From an uncultured Dehalococcoidales bacterium (lineage in GTDB: Bacteria; Chloroflexota; Dehalococcoidia; Dehalococcoidales; BS750m-G39), in assembly GCA_964456815.1 (NCBI GenBank), contig CAYWCO010000002.1:1-39085 (forward strand): 39,085 nucleotides of DNA, given 5' to 3'. Of this stretch, positions 1-9,377 are shown piece by piece (the first letter of the stretch is position 1; each line of letters begins with the position of its first letter). A program made the translations under genes and the position numbers. The notes under the pieces are model-generated. The model was not told the DNA's origin and did no database searches. It saw only the letters and a list, made by a program, of their open reading frames with translations.

Positions 1-1
1 G

Positions 2-2500
2 CGCTTTGCCCCCCACCCCACAATACTTGAGCCGCGACCCGGGCTATCTATAATAAGAATTGACCCCGCTCCTGGGTTTGACTCTTTCACCAGTGAGGTG
101 CACCGAGTAATTGAGGAACGTGGTAGGAGGGTCTGCTACATCTTTGATAACCTTTCCACCCTGGTTGAAGAGTGGGCTACGGATGAGTCGCTGGCCAACT
201 TCTTTCAGGTGACCTGCCCCTACCTTTTTGAGGTTGACGCCGTCGCCTACTTCGCTCTCAGGCGTGGACAGCATGGGCACAAGACCATAGCCCGCATACG
301 TAATACTACCCAGATACTGATAGATGTTTACCATGTCGGCGACAATAGTTACATCCAGCCATTAAAGGTGGAGGGGCGCTACTCCCCACGGATGTTTTTG
401 CCCCATCTAATCACGGCTAATGGCTGGGAGCCTATCTCTCGCAGTGGCGAGGCGGCCAGGATACTGACAACCGCCGTTAAACGGCCGCTTAGTGTCAGCT
501 CTGAATCTATCGCTCCCTGGGATACCGTCTATAGAAAGCTGCTGCAAAAGCGGGAACTGCACGGTGGTGTGCCGAGGACAACCCCTGAAACTACGGTGCT
601 AAAGGAAGCACTATCAAGAATGATGATTGGTAATCATCAGAAGTTAATTCGGCTATCTGACCGTTACCTGAGCCTGGATGAGCTGCTCCGGGTAAGAGAC
701 CGCCTCATTGGTTCAGGGCGAATCGGCGGCAAGGCAGCCGGCATGCTGCTGGCAAGAAGCGTTTTGCTTTCCGCTGGTCGCCAGGACGGCTTTTCCCAGG
801 TTTTGGAGGAGCATGACTCGTTCTATATAGGCTCAGACGTGTTCTTTACCTTCCTGGTGGATAACGGTCTCTTCCAGCTCAGGCTGGAGCTATCAAAAAA
901 AGGCAAGCTCTCGCGGGATGAGTTCGCCAAATTGGAACAGAGGTTTCTCAAGGGCAAGTTCCCCGAAGAAACGATGGAGCAGTTCCGCGGCATGATTGAT
1001 TACTACGGACAGGCGCCCATAATTGTCCGCTCATCCAGCCTCCTTGAGGACGGCTTCACCGATGCCTTTGCCGGGAAGTACCGCAGCGAGTTCTGCGCCA
1101 ATCAGGGTAGCCCTGAGGAGCGTCTGGAGGCCTTCTTAAGAGCCATCAAGCTGGTTTATGCCAGCGCCCTGAACCCTGATGCCCTTGCCTATCGCCACCG
1201 GCGCGGCCTCGGCGAAGGCGACGAGCAGATGGCAATTCTGGTGCAACGTGTCTCCGGCATGCCCTACCAGCAATACTTCTTCCCCAGCCTGGCCGGGGTA
1301 GCTTTTTCACGGAACCTCTATGCCTGGACAGACCGCATCGACCCCAAAAAGGGGATGATACGGCTGGTGTTCGGTTTGGGAACTCGGGCTGTTAACCGCG
1401 TAAGCGGCGATTACCCCAGGATGATTGCCGTCAGCCACCCCAATATAAGGCCGGAGATTGGTCTGGAGGTGGCCAAGTATTCCCAGCGGATGGCAGACGT
1501 CCTTAATCTAAAAGAAAATACCTTTGAGACTAAGCCTTTCGCCGAGATAATCAAAGGGGGTAAATACCCCACCCTGAACCTGCTGGCATCTGAGGTAGCC
1601 GATGGCTACCTGCGTGACTGGTTTAAGACCTCAGCCGGTGGTTCGGAGAAGAACCTGGTCCTGACCTTTAACAATCTGATAAAGCGAACCGAGCTGGTCA
1701 GCATAATCGGGGAGATGCTAATAAAGCTGGAGGAGGCGTGGGGGCAGCCGATAGATATTGAATTTACCGCCTACGTGGACGGTGAGGGTAAGGTAAGGGT
1801 TAACCTGCTGCAATGCCGCTCGCTGCGCGTACCAACACTGGCTGGCACCGGGGTCAGCCTGCCCCAAAAACTACCCAAAGAGGATGTGCTTTTCCGCTCT
1901 AACCGGGCGATAAATGCCGGCATGGTCGGCGATATTGGCTACATCATCTATATAGACCCCGGAAGATACGCCGAAGCCGCCACGGTAGATGTTAAGAAGT
2001 CTATGGGGCGGGTGGTCGGTAAGCTGAACAGCCACCTGCGCCAGAAGAAGGGTAGGGTCATGGTAATGGGGCCGGGCCGCTGGGGCAGCAACAACATTGA
2101 GCTTGGTGTAAATGTGGGCTATGCCGACATTGACGGCACCGCCGTTCTGGTAGAGATTGCCCGCGAGGAAGCCGGCCATACCCCGGAGGTCTCTTACGGG
2201 ACCCACTTCTTCCAGGACCTGGTAGAGTCCGACATACTTTATCTTCCCGTTTATCCCGATGACGATGCCGCTGATTTTAACACCGGCTTCCTTTCCCGTT
2301 CACCCAACATACTAAAAGACTTACTGCCCGAACTAGGCGATTTTGAGGACATTGTACGTGTGATTGACGTGCCAAGGGCAACGGGCGGCGCTTACGCCAG
2401 GGTTATTGCTGACCCGCAAACTCGCCATGCCGTCTGCTTCTTTGATAGAAGCGGAAGGCAGGGGAATATTACTAGAAAGACCAGGAGGAAGAAAAGATGA
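2..2500 (+). CDS. PEP/pyruvate-binding (PPDK_N / PEP-synthase ATP-grasp type) domain protein; 5' end runs off the window
   Basis: The frame is open from nt 2 to the GTG at 98 with no stop, so the ORF-track start is only a minimum. The central region has PPDK_N hallmarks (RIGGKAAGMLLA; IIVRSSSLLEDGFTDAFAGKYRSEF). The first ~90 aa (VCYIFDNLSTLVEEW...ILIDVYHV) weakly resemble the end of a RecA/KaiC-type fold. I saw no phosphohistidine swivel-domain motif. Confidence 0.65.
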   Translation, partial: RFAPHPTILEPRPGLSIIRIDPAPGFDSFTSEVHRVIEERGRRVCYIFDNLSTLVEEWATDESLANFFQVTCPYLFEVDAVAYFALRRGQHGHKTIARIRNTTQILIDVYHVGDNSYIQPLKVEGRYSPRMFLPHLITANGWEPISRSGEAARILTTAVKRPLSVSSESIAPWDTVYRKLLQKRELHGGVPRTTPETTVLKEALSRMMIGNHQKLIRLSDRYLSLDELLRVRDRLIGSGRIGGKAAGMLLARSVLLSAGRQDGFSQVLEEHDSFYIGSDVFFTFLVDNGLFQLRLELSKKGKLSRDEFAKLEQRFLKGKFPEETMEQFRGMIDYYGQAPIIVRSSSLLEDGFTDAFAGKYRSEFCANQGSPEERLEAFLRAIKLVYASALNPDALAYRHRRGLGEGDEQMAILVQRVSGMPYQQYFFPSLAGVAFSRNLYAWTDRIDPKKGMIRLVFGLGTRAVNRVSGDYPRMIAVSHPNIRPEIGLEVAKYSQRMADVLNLKENTFETKPFAEIIKGGKYPTLNLLASEVADGYLRDWFKTSAGGSEKNLVLTFNNLIKRTELVSIIGEMLIKLEEAWGQPIDIEFTAYVDGEGKVRVNLLQCRSLRVPTLAGTGVSLPQKLPKEDVLFRSNRAINAGMVGDIGYIIYIDPGRYAEAATVDVKKSMGRVVGKLNSHLRQKKGRVMVMGPGRWGSNNIELGVNVGYADIDGTAVLVEIAREEAGHTPEVSYGTHFFQDLVESDILYLPVYPDDDAADFNTGFLSRSPNILKDLLPELGDFEDIVRVIDVPRATGGAYARVIADPQTRHAVCFFDRSGRQGNITRKTRRKKR

Positions 2501-4173
2501 ATTTACGAAGACCTAATGCCAGTGATGCCACCAGAACCACCAACCGTTCCAAAAGCGTGGTGCCGATGAGTGGTCTATGCACCCGGTGTGTTGACGGCTG
2601 CACCGGGAACTGCGAGGTTTTTAAGGCAACCTTTCGCGGTCGGGAGCTAATCTACCCCGGACCCTTTGGAGACATCACTGCGGGGGGAGACAAGGACTAT
2701 CCTGTTGACTACTCACACCTCAACATCCAGGGATATGCCCTTGGAGCCAGGGGACTACCCGAGGGTGTCATCGGCGACCCGGATACGGCTGTCTTCCCGG
2801 CGGTAAGTACCGAGACTGAGTACGGCTGGGATAAAAAAGTCAGGATGAAGCTGCCCATATTCACCGGGGCGCTGGGTTCCACCGAGATTGCCCGCAAGAA
2901 CTGGGAGCATTTTGCTGTCGGCGCTGCCCTCAGCGGGATAACCCTCGTCTGCGGCGAAAATGTTTGCGGCATTGACCCCCAGCTTAAACTTAATAAATAC
3001 GGAAAGATTGCTTCGGCGCCTGACCTGGACCGTCGGATTGAAATCTACCGTCGCTACCACAGTGGTTACGGCGAAATCCTGGTGCAGATGAACGTTGAGG
3101 ATACCAGACTGGGCGTTGCCGAGTACGTAAGCCGGAAGCACGGGCTGGATACCATTGAGTTGAAGTGGGGGCAGGGCGCCAAGTGCATTGGCGGGGAGAT
3201 AAAGGTTGACAGCCTGGAGCGTGCCCTGGAGCTGCAGAGGCGCGGCTATATCGTCACCCCCGACCCCTCGCACCCCTTGAGCCAGGCAAGCTTTAAGGAC
3301 GGCTCGCTGAAGGAATTTGAGCGCCACAGCCGCCTCGGCTTTATTGATGAAGAGGGCTTCTACGCCGAGGTCGAGCGTTTGCGGAAGCTGGGCTTCAAGC
3401 GCATCACCCTGAAGACGGGCGCCTACAGCCTGCGCGAGTTAGCCATGGCTATCAAGTGGGGCTCAAAAGCCGAGATTGACCTGCTTACCATAGACGGCGC
3501 CGGTGGCGGCACCGGTATGAGCCCCTGGCGCATGATGGAGGAATGGGGTATACCCACTATCTATCTGCATTCTGCAGCCTATGAGTTCTGCCAGAGGTTA
3601 GCCAGAAAGGGCGAGCGAGTACCCGATATCGCCTTTGGCGGCGGCTTCAGCAGCGAGGACGGCGTTTTCAAGGCGCTGGCTCTGGGGGCACCCTTCACCA
3701 AGGCGGTGTGCATGGGACGGGCGCTGATGATACCGGGCATGGTAGGCAAAAACATTGCACGGTGGCTTGAAGAGGGCAAGTTACCCCATACCGTCAGCCA
3801 GTTCGGCTCAACCCCGGAGGAGATATTTGTCTGCTATGAAGAGGTTAAAGACCTGGTCGGTGCTGACGAAATGAAGAATATCCCGCTCGGTGCGCTGGGA
3901 ATATACAGCTACAGTGAAAAGATAAGGGTAGGGCTACAGCAGCTAATGGCTGGCGCCAGGTGCTTCAGCGTACCGGCAATCAGCCGTGATGAGCTGATGT
4001 CACTAACCGAGGAATGCGCCAAGGTAACCGGCATCCCTTATCTGATGAACGCTTACCGAAAGGAGGCAATTGATATTCTTGAGGGGCGTCACAACGGGCT
4101 TGGTGAGGATTACGCCCTCAGTTCGCTGGTTGGCCATGTGGGCACTTCCCGCAGATTCAGGACCTACGAGTAA
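2497..4173 (+). CDS. FMN-binding glutamate synthase-family (GltB FMN-domain-like) oxidoreductase with N-terminal Cys cluster
   Basis: The ATG overlaps the upstream stop (ATGA, 2497-2500), with AGGAGGA 8 nt upstream. TIDGAGGGTGMSPW and the GGGF...KALALGA region match the glutamate synthase FMN domain. The N-terminus has CTRCVDGCTGNCEV (C-x2-C-x3-C-x3-C). Confidence 0.75.
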   Translation: MNLRRPNASDATRTTNRSKSVVPMSGLCTRCVDGCTGNCEVFKATFRGRELIYPGPFGDITAGGDKDYPVDYSHLNIQGYALGARGLPEGVIGDPDTAVFPAVSTETEYGWDKKVRMKLPIFTGALGSTEIARKNWEHFAVGAALSGITLVCGENVCGIDPQLKLNKYGKIASAPDLDRRIEIYRRYHSGYGEILVQMNVEDTRLGVAEYVSRKHGLDTIELKWGQGAKCIGGEIKVDSLERALELQRRGYIVTPDPSHPLSQASFKDGSLKEFERHSRLGFIDEEGFYAEVERLRKLGFKRITLKTGAYSLRELAMAIKWGSKAEIDLLTIDGAGGGTGMSPWRMMEEWGIPTIYLHSAAYEFCQRLARKGERVPDIAFGGGFSSEDGVFKALALGAPFTKAVCMGRALMIPGMVGKNIARWLEEGKLPHTVSQFGSTPEEIFVCYEEVKDLVGADEMKNIPLGALGIYSYSEKIRVGLQQLMAGARCFSVPAISRDELMSLTEECAKVTGIPYLMNAYRKEAIDILEGRHNGLGEDYALSSLVGHVGTSRRFRTYE

Positions 4174-4185
4174 TTGTCGCCTATT

Positions 4186-4214
4186 TTGACATACCGGTAA
4201 TAACGCGATATGAT
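4186..4214 (+). promoter_or_regulatory. sigma70-like promoter for the nrpR-like/hisF(/gdh) unit
   Basis: TTGACA (4186-4191), 17-nt spacer, TATGAT (4209-4214). It lies 35 nt upstream of the ATG at 4250. Confidence 0.45.
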
Positions 4215-4249
4215 ATGGCAAATGGCGTCCATAATCCGTTTATACTGCG

Positions 4250-5251
4250 ATGGGATTTGAAACTCAAGACGTTGAAAGAAAGATTATCTCTATCCTGAAG
4301 GTTCTCAGCGATTCTGAGAAGCCCCTGGGTTCCAGGGTGATTGCCCGCCGCTTGAAGGACAGCGGAATTGAGCTGGGCGAGAGGGCGGTGAGATACCACC
4401 TCAAGCTCATGGACGAGCGTGGACTGACGCAGCTTGTCGGGCGGCGGGATGGCCGAGCCCTTACCGATCAAGGTATTGAAGAGATAGAGTATGCCCTGGT
4501 GAAGGACAAGGTTGGTTTTGCTATCTCCAGGATTGAGTTACTCGCCTTTCGTACTGATTTTGATCTGGACAAGCGCACCGGTTCTATTCCAATAAATGTT
4601 TCCTTTTTCCCGAAGGCGAGGTTTAGCCAGGCACTTCAGATAATGAAGCCAGCCTTCAAGGCCGGGCTTGGCGTCAGTGAGCTGGTGGCGGTGGCGCAGG
4701 CAGGCGAAATGCTGGGGGAGATAGCGATACCCCAGGGTAAGGTGGGGTTAGCTACGGTCTGCAGTGTTGTCATAAACGGTATCTTGCTCAAGCTCGGCGT
4801 GCCCATGGACTCTAAGTTCTCGGGCATTCTTCAGATTAGAAATTCAAAGCCTCTTCGCTTTGTTGAGCTTATTCACTATGCCGGGTGTTCTCTTGACCCC
4901 TCGGATGTGTTCATCAGGGCTGGGATGACCTCGGTATCTAAGGTGGTGAGGGAAGGTGGGGGGAATATACTGGCTACCTATCGGGAGATACCGGCACAAT
5001 GCCAGCCGATAATGGAGAAGACGATATCTAGACTGAAAGAGGCTGGTATAGGCGGAGTACTGGTTATGGGGGGTATCAGCGAGCCGGTGTGCGAGATAGC
5101 GGTAGAACTTAATCGAATCGGGATAATCCTTGTCAACGGGCTGAATCCCGTGGCTGCGGCTGTGGAAGCCGGCGTGGAAGTTGAAAATTATGGCATGAGC
5201 ACGGTCATGGAGTACCAGAATTTGATTAATTTTCAGGAGCTTATAAATTGA
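4250..5251 (+). CDS. nrpR: NrpR-type regulator (winged-helix plus one DUF128/NrpR domain), homologue of the methanogen nitrogen repressor
   Basis: An N-terminal winged helix (KIISILKVLSDSEKPLGSRVIARRLKDSGIELGERAVRYHLKLMDERGL) is followed by a ~250-aa domain. This is the architecture of short NrpR proteins. Family recognised from memory, not searched. Confidence 0.65.
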   Translation: MGFETQDVERKIISILKVLSDSEKPLGSRVIARRLKDSGIELGERAVRYHLKLMDERGLTQLVGRRDGRALTDQGIEEIEYALVKDKVGFAISRIELLAFRTDFDLDKRTGSIPINVSFFPKARFSQALQIMKPAFKAGLGVSELVAVAQAGEMLGEIAIPQGKVGLATVCSVVINGILLKLGVPMDSKFSGILQIRNSKPLRFVELIHYAGCSLDPSDVFIRAGMTSVSKVVREGGGNILATYREIPAQCQPIMEKTISRLKEAGIGGVLVMGGISEPVCEIAVELNRIGIILVNGLNPVAAAVEAGVEVENYGMSTVMEYQNLINFQELIN

Positions 5252-6018
5252 AAACAGTAAGTATCATACCCTGCCTCGATGTAAAAGAGGGGAGGGTGGT
5301 AAAGGGAATAAAATTTGTAAACCTGAGGGACGCCCGCGACCCGGCAGAAGCCGCGGCCGCTTACTGCCGAGAGGGCGCCGATGAGCTTGTCTTCCTTGAT
5401 ATATTTGCCACCGTAGAGAATAGAGGGACAAGGCTGGAGTGGGTCAAAAAGGTCTGTGATGTGGTCACGGTTCCCTTCACCGTAGGCGGTGGCATAGGTA
5501 GCATCAAGGATATGAAGGCACTATTTGATTTGGGCGTGGACAAGGTCTCGATAAACACGGCGGCGGTTAGAAACCCGGAGCTGATTAGAGAAGCAGCCGG
5601 AGAGTTCGGCGGGGAGAGGCTGGTAGTTGCCATTGACGGCAGGAAGAACCCGGCAGATAGCCGCCTTCCCCACCTTGAGGTTGTGGTCAAGAGCGGTGAG
5701 GAGTCAACGGGCATGGATATTGTTGACTGGGCTAAGCGGGTGGAGGAGTTAGGTGCCGGCGCCATTCTGCTCACCAGCAAGGATGCCGATGGGACCAAGG
5801 ACGGCTACGACCTGGAGATGACAAAGGCGGTCGCCGAGGCCGTATCCCTGCCGGTCACCGCCTCTGGCGGTGCCGGCAAACTGGAGCACCTTTACCAGGC
5901 GGTGGCTATAGGTAAGGCATCAGCGGTATTAGCCGCTTCCATATTTCACTTCAAGGAGATAACAATAGCCGAGGCTAAGAAGTACCTCAAGGAGAGGGGA
6001 ATAGCGGTTAGGGACTGA
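5248..6018 (+). CDS. hisF: imidazole glycerol phosphate synthase cyclase subunit HisF
   Basis: Motifs IIPCLDVKEGRVVKGIKF, VVAIDGR, LLTSKDADGTKDGYDL, TASGGAG and AASIFHF. The TTG start overlaps the nrpR stop (TTGA), with AGGAG 8 nt upstream. Confidence 0.85.
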   Translation: MKTVSIIPCLDVKEGRVVKGIKFVNLRDARDPAEAAAAYCREGADELVFLDIFATVENRGTRLEWVKKVCDVVTVPFTVGGGIGSIKDMKALFDLGVDKVSINTAAVRNPELIREAAGEFGGERLVVAIDGRKNPADSRLPHLEVVVKSGEESTGMDIVDWAKRVEELGAGAILLTSKDADGTKDGYDLEMTKAVAEAVSLPVTASGGAGKLEHLYQAVAIGKASAVLAASIFHFKEITIAEAKKYLKERGIAVRD

Positions 6019-6052
6019 CTATGGTATTACCCATCTCGCTATCAGGTGAGAG

Positions 6053-7324
6053 TTGACTCTAGAGGGAGAAAATAAATTGGAAAAGATTAATCCATTTGAG
6101 GTGGTAAAGCAACAGGTAGACAGGTGCGCCGAAATTCTGGACCTATCACCCGAAATAACCATAATGCTTAAAACCCCCATGCGAGAACTCCACGTATCAC
6201 TGCCAGTACGGATGGACGACGGCTCTCTCAGGGTATTCCAGGCGTTTAGGGTTCAGCACAATGATGCCCGGGGCATAACCAAGGGAGGCATTAGATTCCA
6301 TGCTGATGAAACAATTGATACCGTTCGGGCACTGGCGGCATGGATGACGTGGAAGTGCGCCCTGCTTGACTTACCCCTGGGAGGAGCCAAAGGCGGCGTT
6401 GTTTGCAATCCCAAGGAGATGTCTGCCGGTGAGTTGGAACGTCTGAGCCGGGCATATGTGCGGGCCGTATTCCAGTTCATTGGGCCTGATAAAGATGTGC
6501 CTGCCCCCGACGTTTATACCACTCCGCAAATTATGGCCTGGATGATGGACGAGTATTCGGCAATTGCGGGCAAGCCGCAATTTGGTGTTATCACGGGCAA
6601 GCCACTGCCCATTGGCGGTTCTCCGGGACGGAATGATGCTACGGCTCGTGGTGGGATGTATACTATCCGTGAAGCCGCCAAGGCGCTTGGCATTGACCTA
6701 GGCAAAGCCACCGTCGCCGTGCAGGGTTATGGAAATGCCGGATATTATGCGGCCCGGTTATGCGGCGAGCTTTTTGGCTCTAAGATATTAGCCGTGTGTG
6801 ACAGCAAGGGCGGGGTATTCTGCAAAACCGGGGTTGACCCGGAGGCGGCTTATGCCTGTAAGACCCAGACTGCCTCGGTGTGCAATCTGCCAGACATGGA
6901 ACGCATCTCCGCGGAGGAACTCCTGGAAATGGACGTGGATATACTTATACCAGCCGCCATAGAAAACGTAATAACCGAAAAGAATGCCCCGAATATCAAA
7001 GCCAAGATTGTTGCCGAGCTGGCTAACGGTCCAACGACGCCAGAAGCCGATGATATTCTATATAAAAATGGGGTTCACGTCATCCCTGACTTTCTGTGCA
7101 ACGCCGGTGGCGTGACGGTTTCTTACTTTGAGATGGTCCAGGACTCTTACATGTACTTCTGGGATGAAGCCGATGTTCGCCAGCGCCTGGATAAGAAGAT
7201 GACCGCAGCCTATCAGGCTGTTTTGGATACAAGCCGAGAATACAAGGTAAATATGCGACAGGCAGCCTACGTAAGGGCTATCGAACGTGTGGTAGAAGCA
7301 ATGAGACTTCGTGGCTGGGTCTAG
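6053..7324 (+). CDS. gdhA: glutamate dehydrogenase (Glu/Leu/Phe/Val dehydrogenase family)
   Basis: Motifs KGGIRFH, PLGGAKGG and VQGYGNAGYY, and a length typical of hexameric GDH. An alternative TTG start at 6077 has the better SD (GAGGGAG, 8-nt spacing). Confidence 0.9.
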   Translation: MTLEGENKLEKINPFEVVKQQVDRCAEILDLSPEITIMLKTPMRELHVSLPVRMDDGSLRVFQAFRVQHNDARGITKGGIRFHADETIDTVRALAAWMTWKCALLDLPLGGAKGGVVCNPKEMSAGELERLSRAYVRAVFQFIGPDKDVPAPDVYTTPQIMAWMMDEYSAIAGKPQFGVITGKPLPIGGSPGRNDATARGGMYTIREAAKALGIDLGKATVAVQGYGNAGYYAARLCGELFGSKILAVCDSKGGVFCKTGVDPEAAYACKTQTASVCNLPDMERISAEELLEMDVDILIPAAIENVITEKNAPNIKAKIVAELANGPTTPEADDILYKNGVHVIPDFLCNAGGVTVSYFEMVQDSYMYFWDEADVRQRLDKKMTAAYQAVLDTSREYKVNMRQAAYVRAIERVVEAMRLRGWV

Positions 7325-7342
7325 CCCATCTTTTTATCCGAA

Positions 7343-7388
7343 GTGGGCGGTAGAGGACTTGAACCTCTGACCCCCTGCGTGTAAAGCA
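7343..7388. repeat. 46-bp direct repeat: orphan copy of tRNA-Val positions 30-75 (distal att site of the island)
   Basis: gtgggcggtagaggacttgaacctctgaccccctgcgtgtaaagca is identical to 17794-17839. Identity stops at 7389 (c versus g) and at 7342/17793 (a versus g). Confidence 0.9.
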
Positions 7389-7824
7389 CTCTTGTTAAAA
7401 GGCGGAGGCCGCTTGCCTCCTTTCTGAGAGTCTATTATACCTCCCCGCGTTGCAGCAGTCAATCCCCCCTTGCATTTTGGGTTTGGCTTACAAGCAAACA
7501 ATCCGCTAAATCGTACAATACCCCCTGCCGTAATTCTGGGGGGAGCCTCAGCCTGAACGACGTTGTGTGGCTTGACAATGAGAGCCCTTTTATTGTAAAC
7601 TTTGTTTGTCTTAGCCTAGGTTATTAGATGGTTGTTTAAGACACCTCAGATTTACCCGCGTATTGGGTGACCCTAGCTTTTGCTAGTGTATGGAAGTGGA
7701 GTGTCTGTCTAACCAGCCTTCAGGATAAGTTGCCCCAAATTCTTGATTGTAGGATTGCTTTTGCTTTCAGCTACTTGACCCACCTCAGCACGGTGGGCGG
7801 AAACAGAGGAATAAAAATACTAAA

Positions 7825-9135
7825 ATGGTATCTATCTACTTTGTGGGAACACACAAACCTATAATGTGCGGGATAGCCGACTACACGAGCTTTGTTGCTC
7901 GTGAGATTCCTGCTGGAAGGTGGGGCGTCATATCTTTTGATGTCGAGAGGTATGGCGCGCCACTAATAATTGATGACGAGGTAGTGACAGGTGGGGTTTG
8001 GTACGGCATTCCCGGTCGCCATGAGTTCTCTGCCCCGGTGATTCTGCAGGGGCTTAAAGAACTTGGCGCCAAAAATGAAGACGCCGTCTTGTGGTTTCAG
8101 CATGAGAATGGCATCTGGCCTAGTAGCATACGGTTCACTGCTATGCTCAAGAACCTGAATATACCGAAGGTGGTGACTTTTCACACCCTTCATTTCCAAA
8201 GCTCCGAAACTCTGACCGGCCTACGCAGGGATCAATATGACCTATTGAAAGTCTTGCTGCCTTACGTCGAGGCTATCACCGTTTTCAGCAGCGGCGTTTA
8301 CCATGCCGTCACTTCGGCATTCCCTGAACACCGCGACAAGGTCTATGTCATGAAGCATGGCATAAATCCGTATCCAGAGATAAGTCACCTCAGTCGTAAG
8401 GAGGCTAAAGAGAAACTCAATGACTTCCTGCTCCATGAATCAGGTCTTGACCGGAAAACAAAGGAAGCCCTGGGCAAGCGGCGGATATTTCTTGATTCAG
8501 ACACTGTGGTGGTAGGCCAGACTGGATTCCTGGAACCAGCGAAGAACTCTGAATTGCTTTATTCTGCCAGAGATAGTTTACAGAAGGCTATCCCTCGGCG
8601 GAGAATCGTAGCGGTACGCATTGGTGTCTCAAGAAACGAAGTGCAGAGAATTTACACTGAAAAGCTGCGAAGATGGCAGAATGGGAAGAATAAATTTCTC
8701 CTCGAGGTTCGGCTGCCTCAGGATATACTTCCTCTGACACAGCGGGCTTTCGATGTCAACTTCTACTGGCCTCACGAGTGCACTCAAAGTGGTCTTCTAT
8801 CACACGCTCTGGGTGTCGGTGCCATAGTAGCTTGCCGCGATTTGGAGGGTGTTGGCGAGGCAGTGAAAGAGGCTGGCGGGATTGTGGATACAGACCTAAA
8901 GCATTTGCTGTTTAAGATAACAAACCTCATACTCAACCCGGGTCTTGGAGAAGGGATAGAACAAAGAGCGCTAAGCTATGCTGTAGAGTTCTCCTGGAAA
9001 AACCAAGCTCGGAGACATTATGAGTTGGCTGAGCGTATCTTATCCCCAACGCCTAGACGGTCATCGCCACATTCACCTCCACCGGTGCAGTCTATTGGCA
9101 CCATGGCTACTTCAGCAACTGCGAAGTCCATTTAA
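7825..9135 (+). CDS. divergent GT-B (GT4-like) glycosyltransferase
   Basis: The N-terminus MVSIYFVGTHKPIMCGIADYTSF resembles the ...P.ECGIA.F... start of GT4 mannosyl/glucosyltransferases. The C-terminal half (WPHECTQSGLLSHALGVGAIVACRDLEGVGE) resembles a degenerate EX7E region. No clear SD. Confidence 0.55.
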   Translation: MVSIYFVGTHKPIMCGIADYTSFVAREIPAGRWGVISFDVERYGAPLIIDDEVVTGGVWYGIPGRHEFSAPVILQGLKELGAKNEDAVLWFQHENGIWPSSIRFTAMLKNLNIPKVVTFHTLHFQSSETLTGLRRDQYDLLKVLLPYVEAITVFSSGVYHAVTSAFPEHRDKVYVMKHGINPYPEISHLSRKEAKEKLNDFLLHESGLDRKTKEALGKRRIFLDSDTVVVGQTGFLEPAKNSELLYSARDSLQKAIPRRRIVAVRIGVSRNEVQRIYTEKLRRWQNGKNKFLLEVRLPQDILPLTQRAFDVNFYWPHECTQSGLLSHALGVGAIVACRDLEGVGEAVKEAGGIVDTDLKHLLFKITNLILNPGLGEGIEQRALSYAVEFSWKNQARRHYELAERILSPTPRRSSPHSPPPVQSIGTMATSATAKSI

Positions 9136-9377
9136 TCATTCCAACTCAGGTGTATACTCTTGATACCGCTTCTCTTCATGCTCATACTATAAATCCCTGT
9201 TCAAAGGCATAATACAACTCGTTTTATGGCGGTAACACTAAAGAATTGTCTGGGGAGTTCTCGCTAGGTCAACATAATGCTAAACTAGGGAGACAAGATT
9301 GGCGGATTGCAAAAATATTGTAGTTATGCGAAAATTCCTAGAGTCCTTTTTCGGTATCTATTTTGAAGGAGAATAGC

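Noticed and set aside
5998-6011. GGAATAGCGGTTAG upstream of gdh, a near match to the methanogen NrpR operator GGAA-N6-TTCC.
   Set aside because: The second half-site has two mismatches and the sequence lies within the hisF coding end. I found no exact GGAA-N6-TTCC in the intergenic regions I scanned by eye.
7404-7420. GGAGGC-cgctt-GCCTCC hairpin flanked by AAAA and TTTCT, just inside the island's left end. It could be a terminator.
   Set aside because: The stem is only 6 bp and the U-tract is weak on either strand. No gene reads into it from inside the island, so I did not call it a feature.
7792-7810. ggtgggcgg...agagga resembles the first bases of the att repeat (ggtgggcggtagagga). It could be a third, degenerate att copy from a tandem insertion.
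   Set aside because: Only a 9-nt exact match plus 6 nt after a 3-nt indel, with no similarity beyond. That is too short to distinguish from chance without a statistical alignment.
7667-7864. 65-aa plus-strand ORF at the left end of the island, overlapping the GT4-like start.
   Set aside because: No SD and no recognisable motif, and it overlaps the better-supported GT4-like ORF in another frame.
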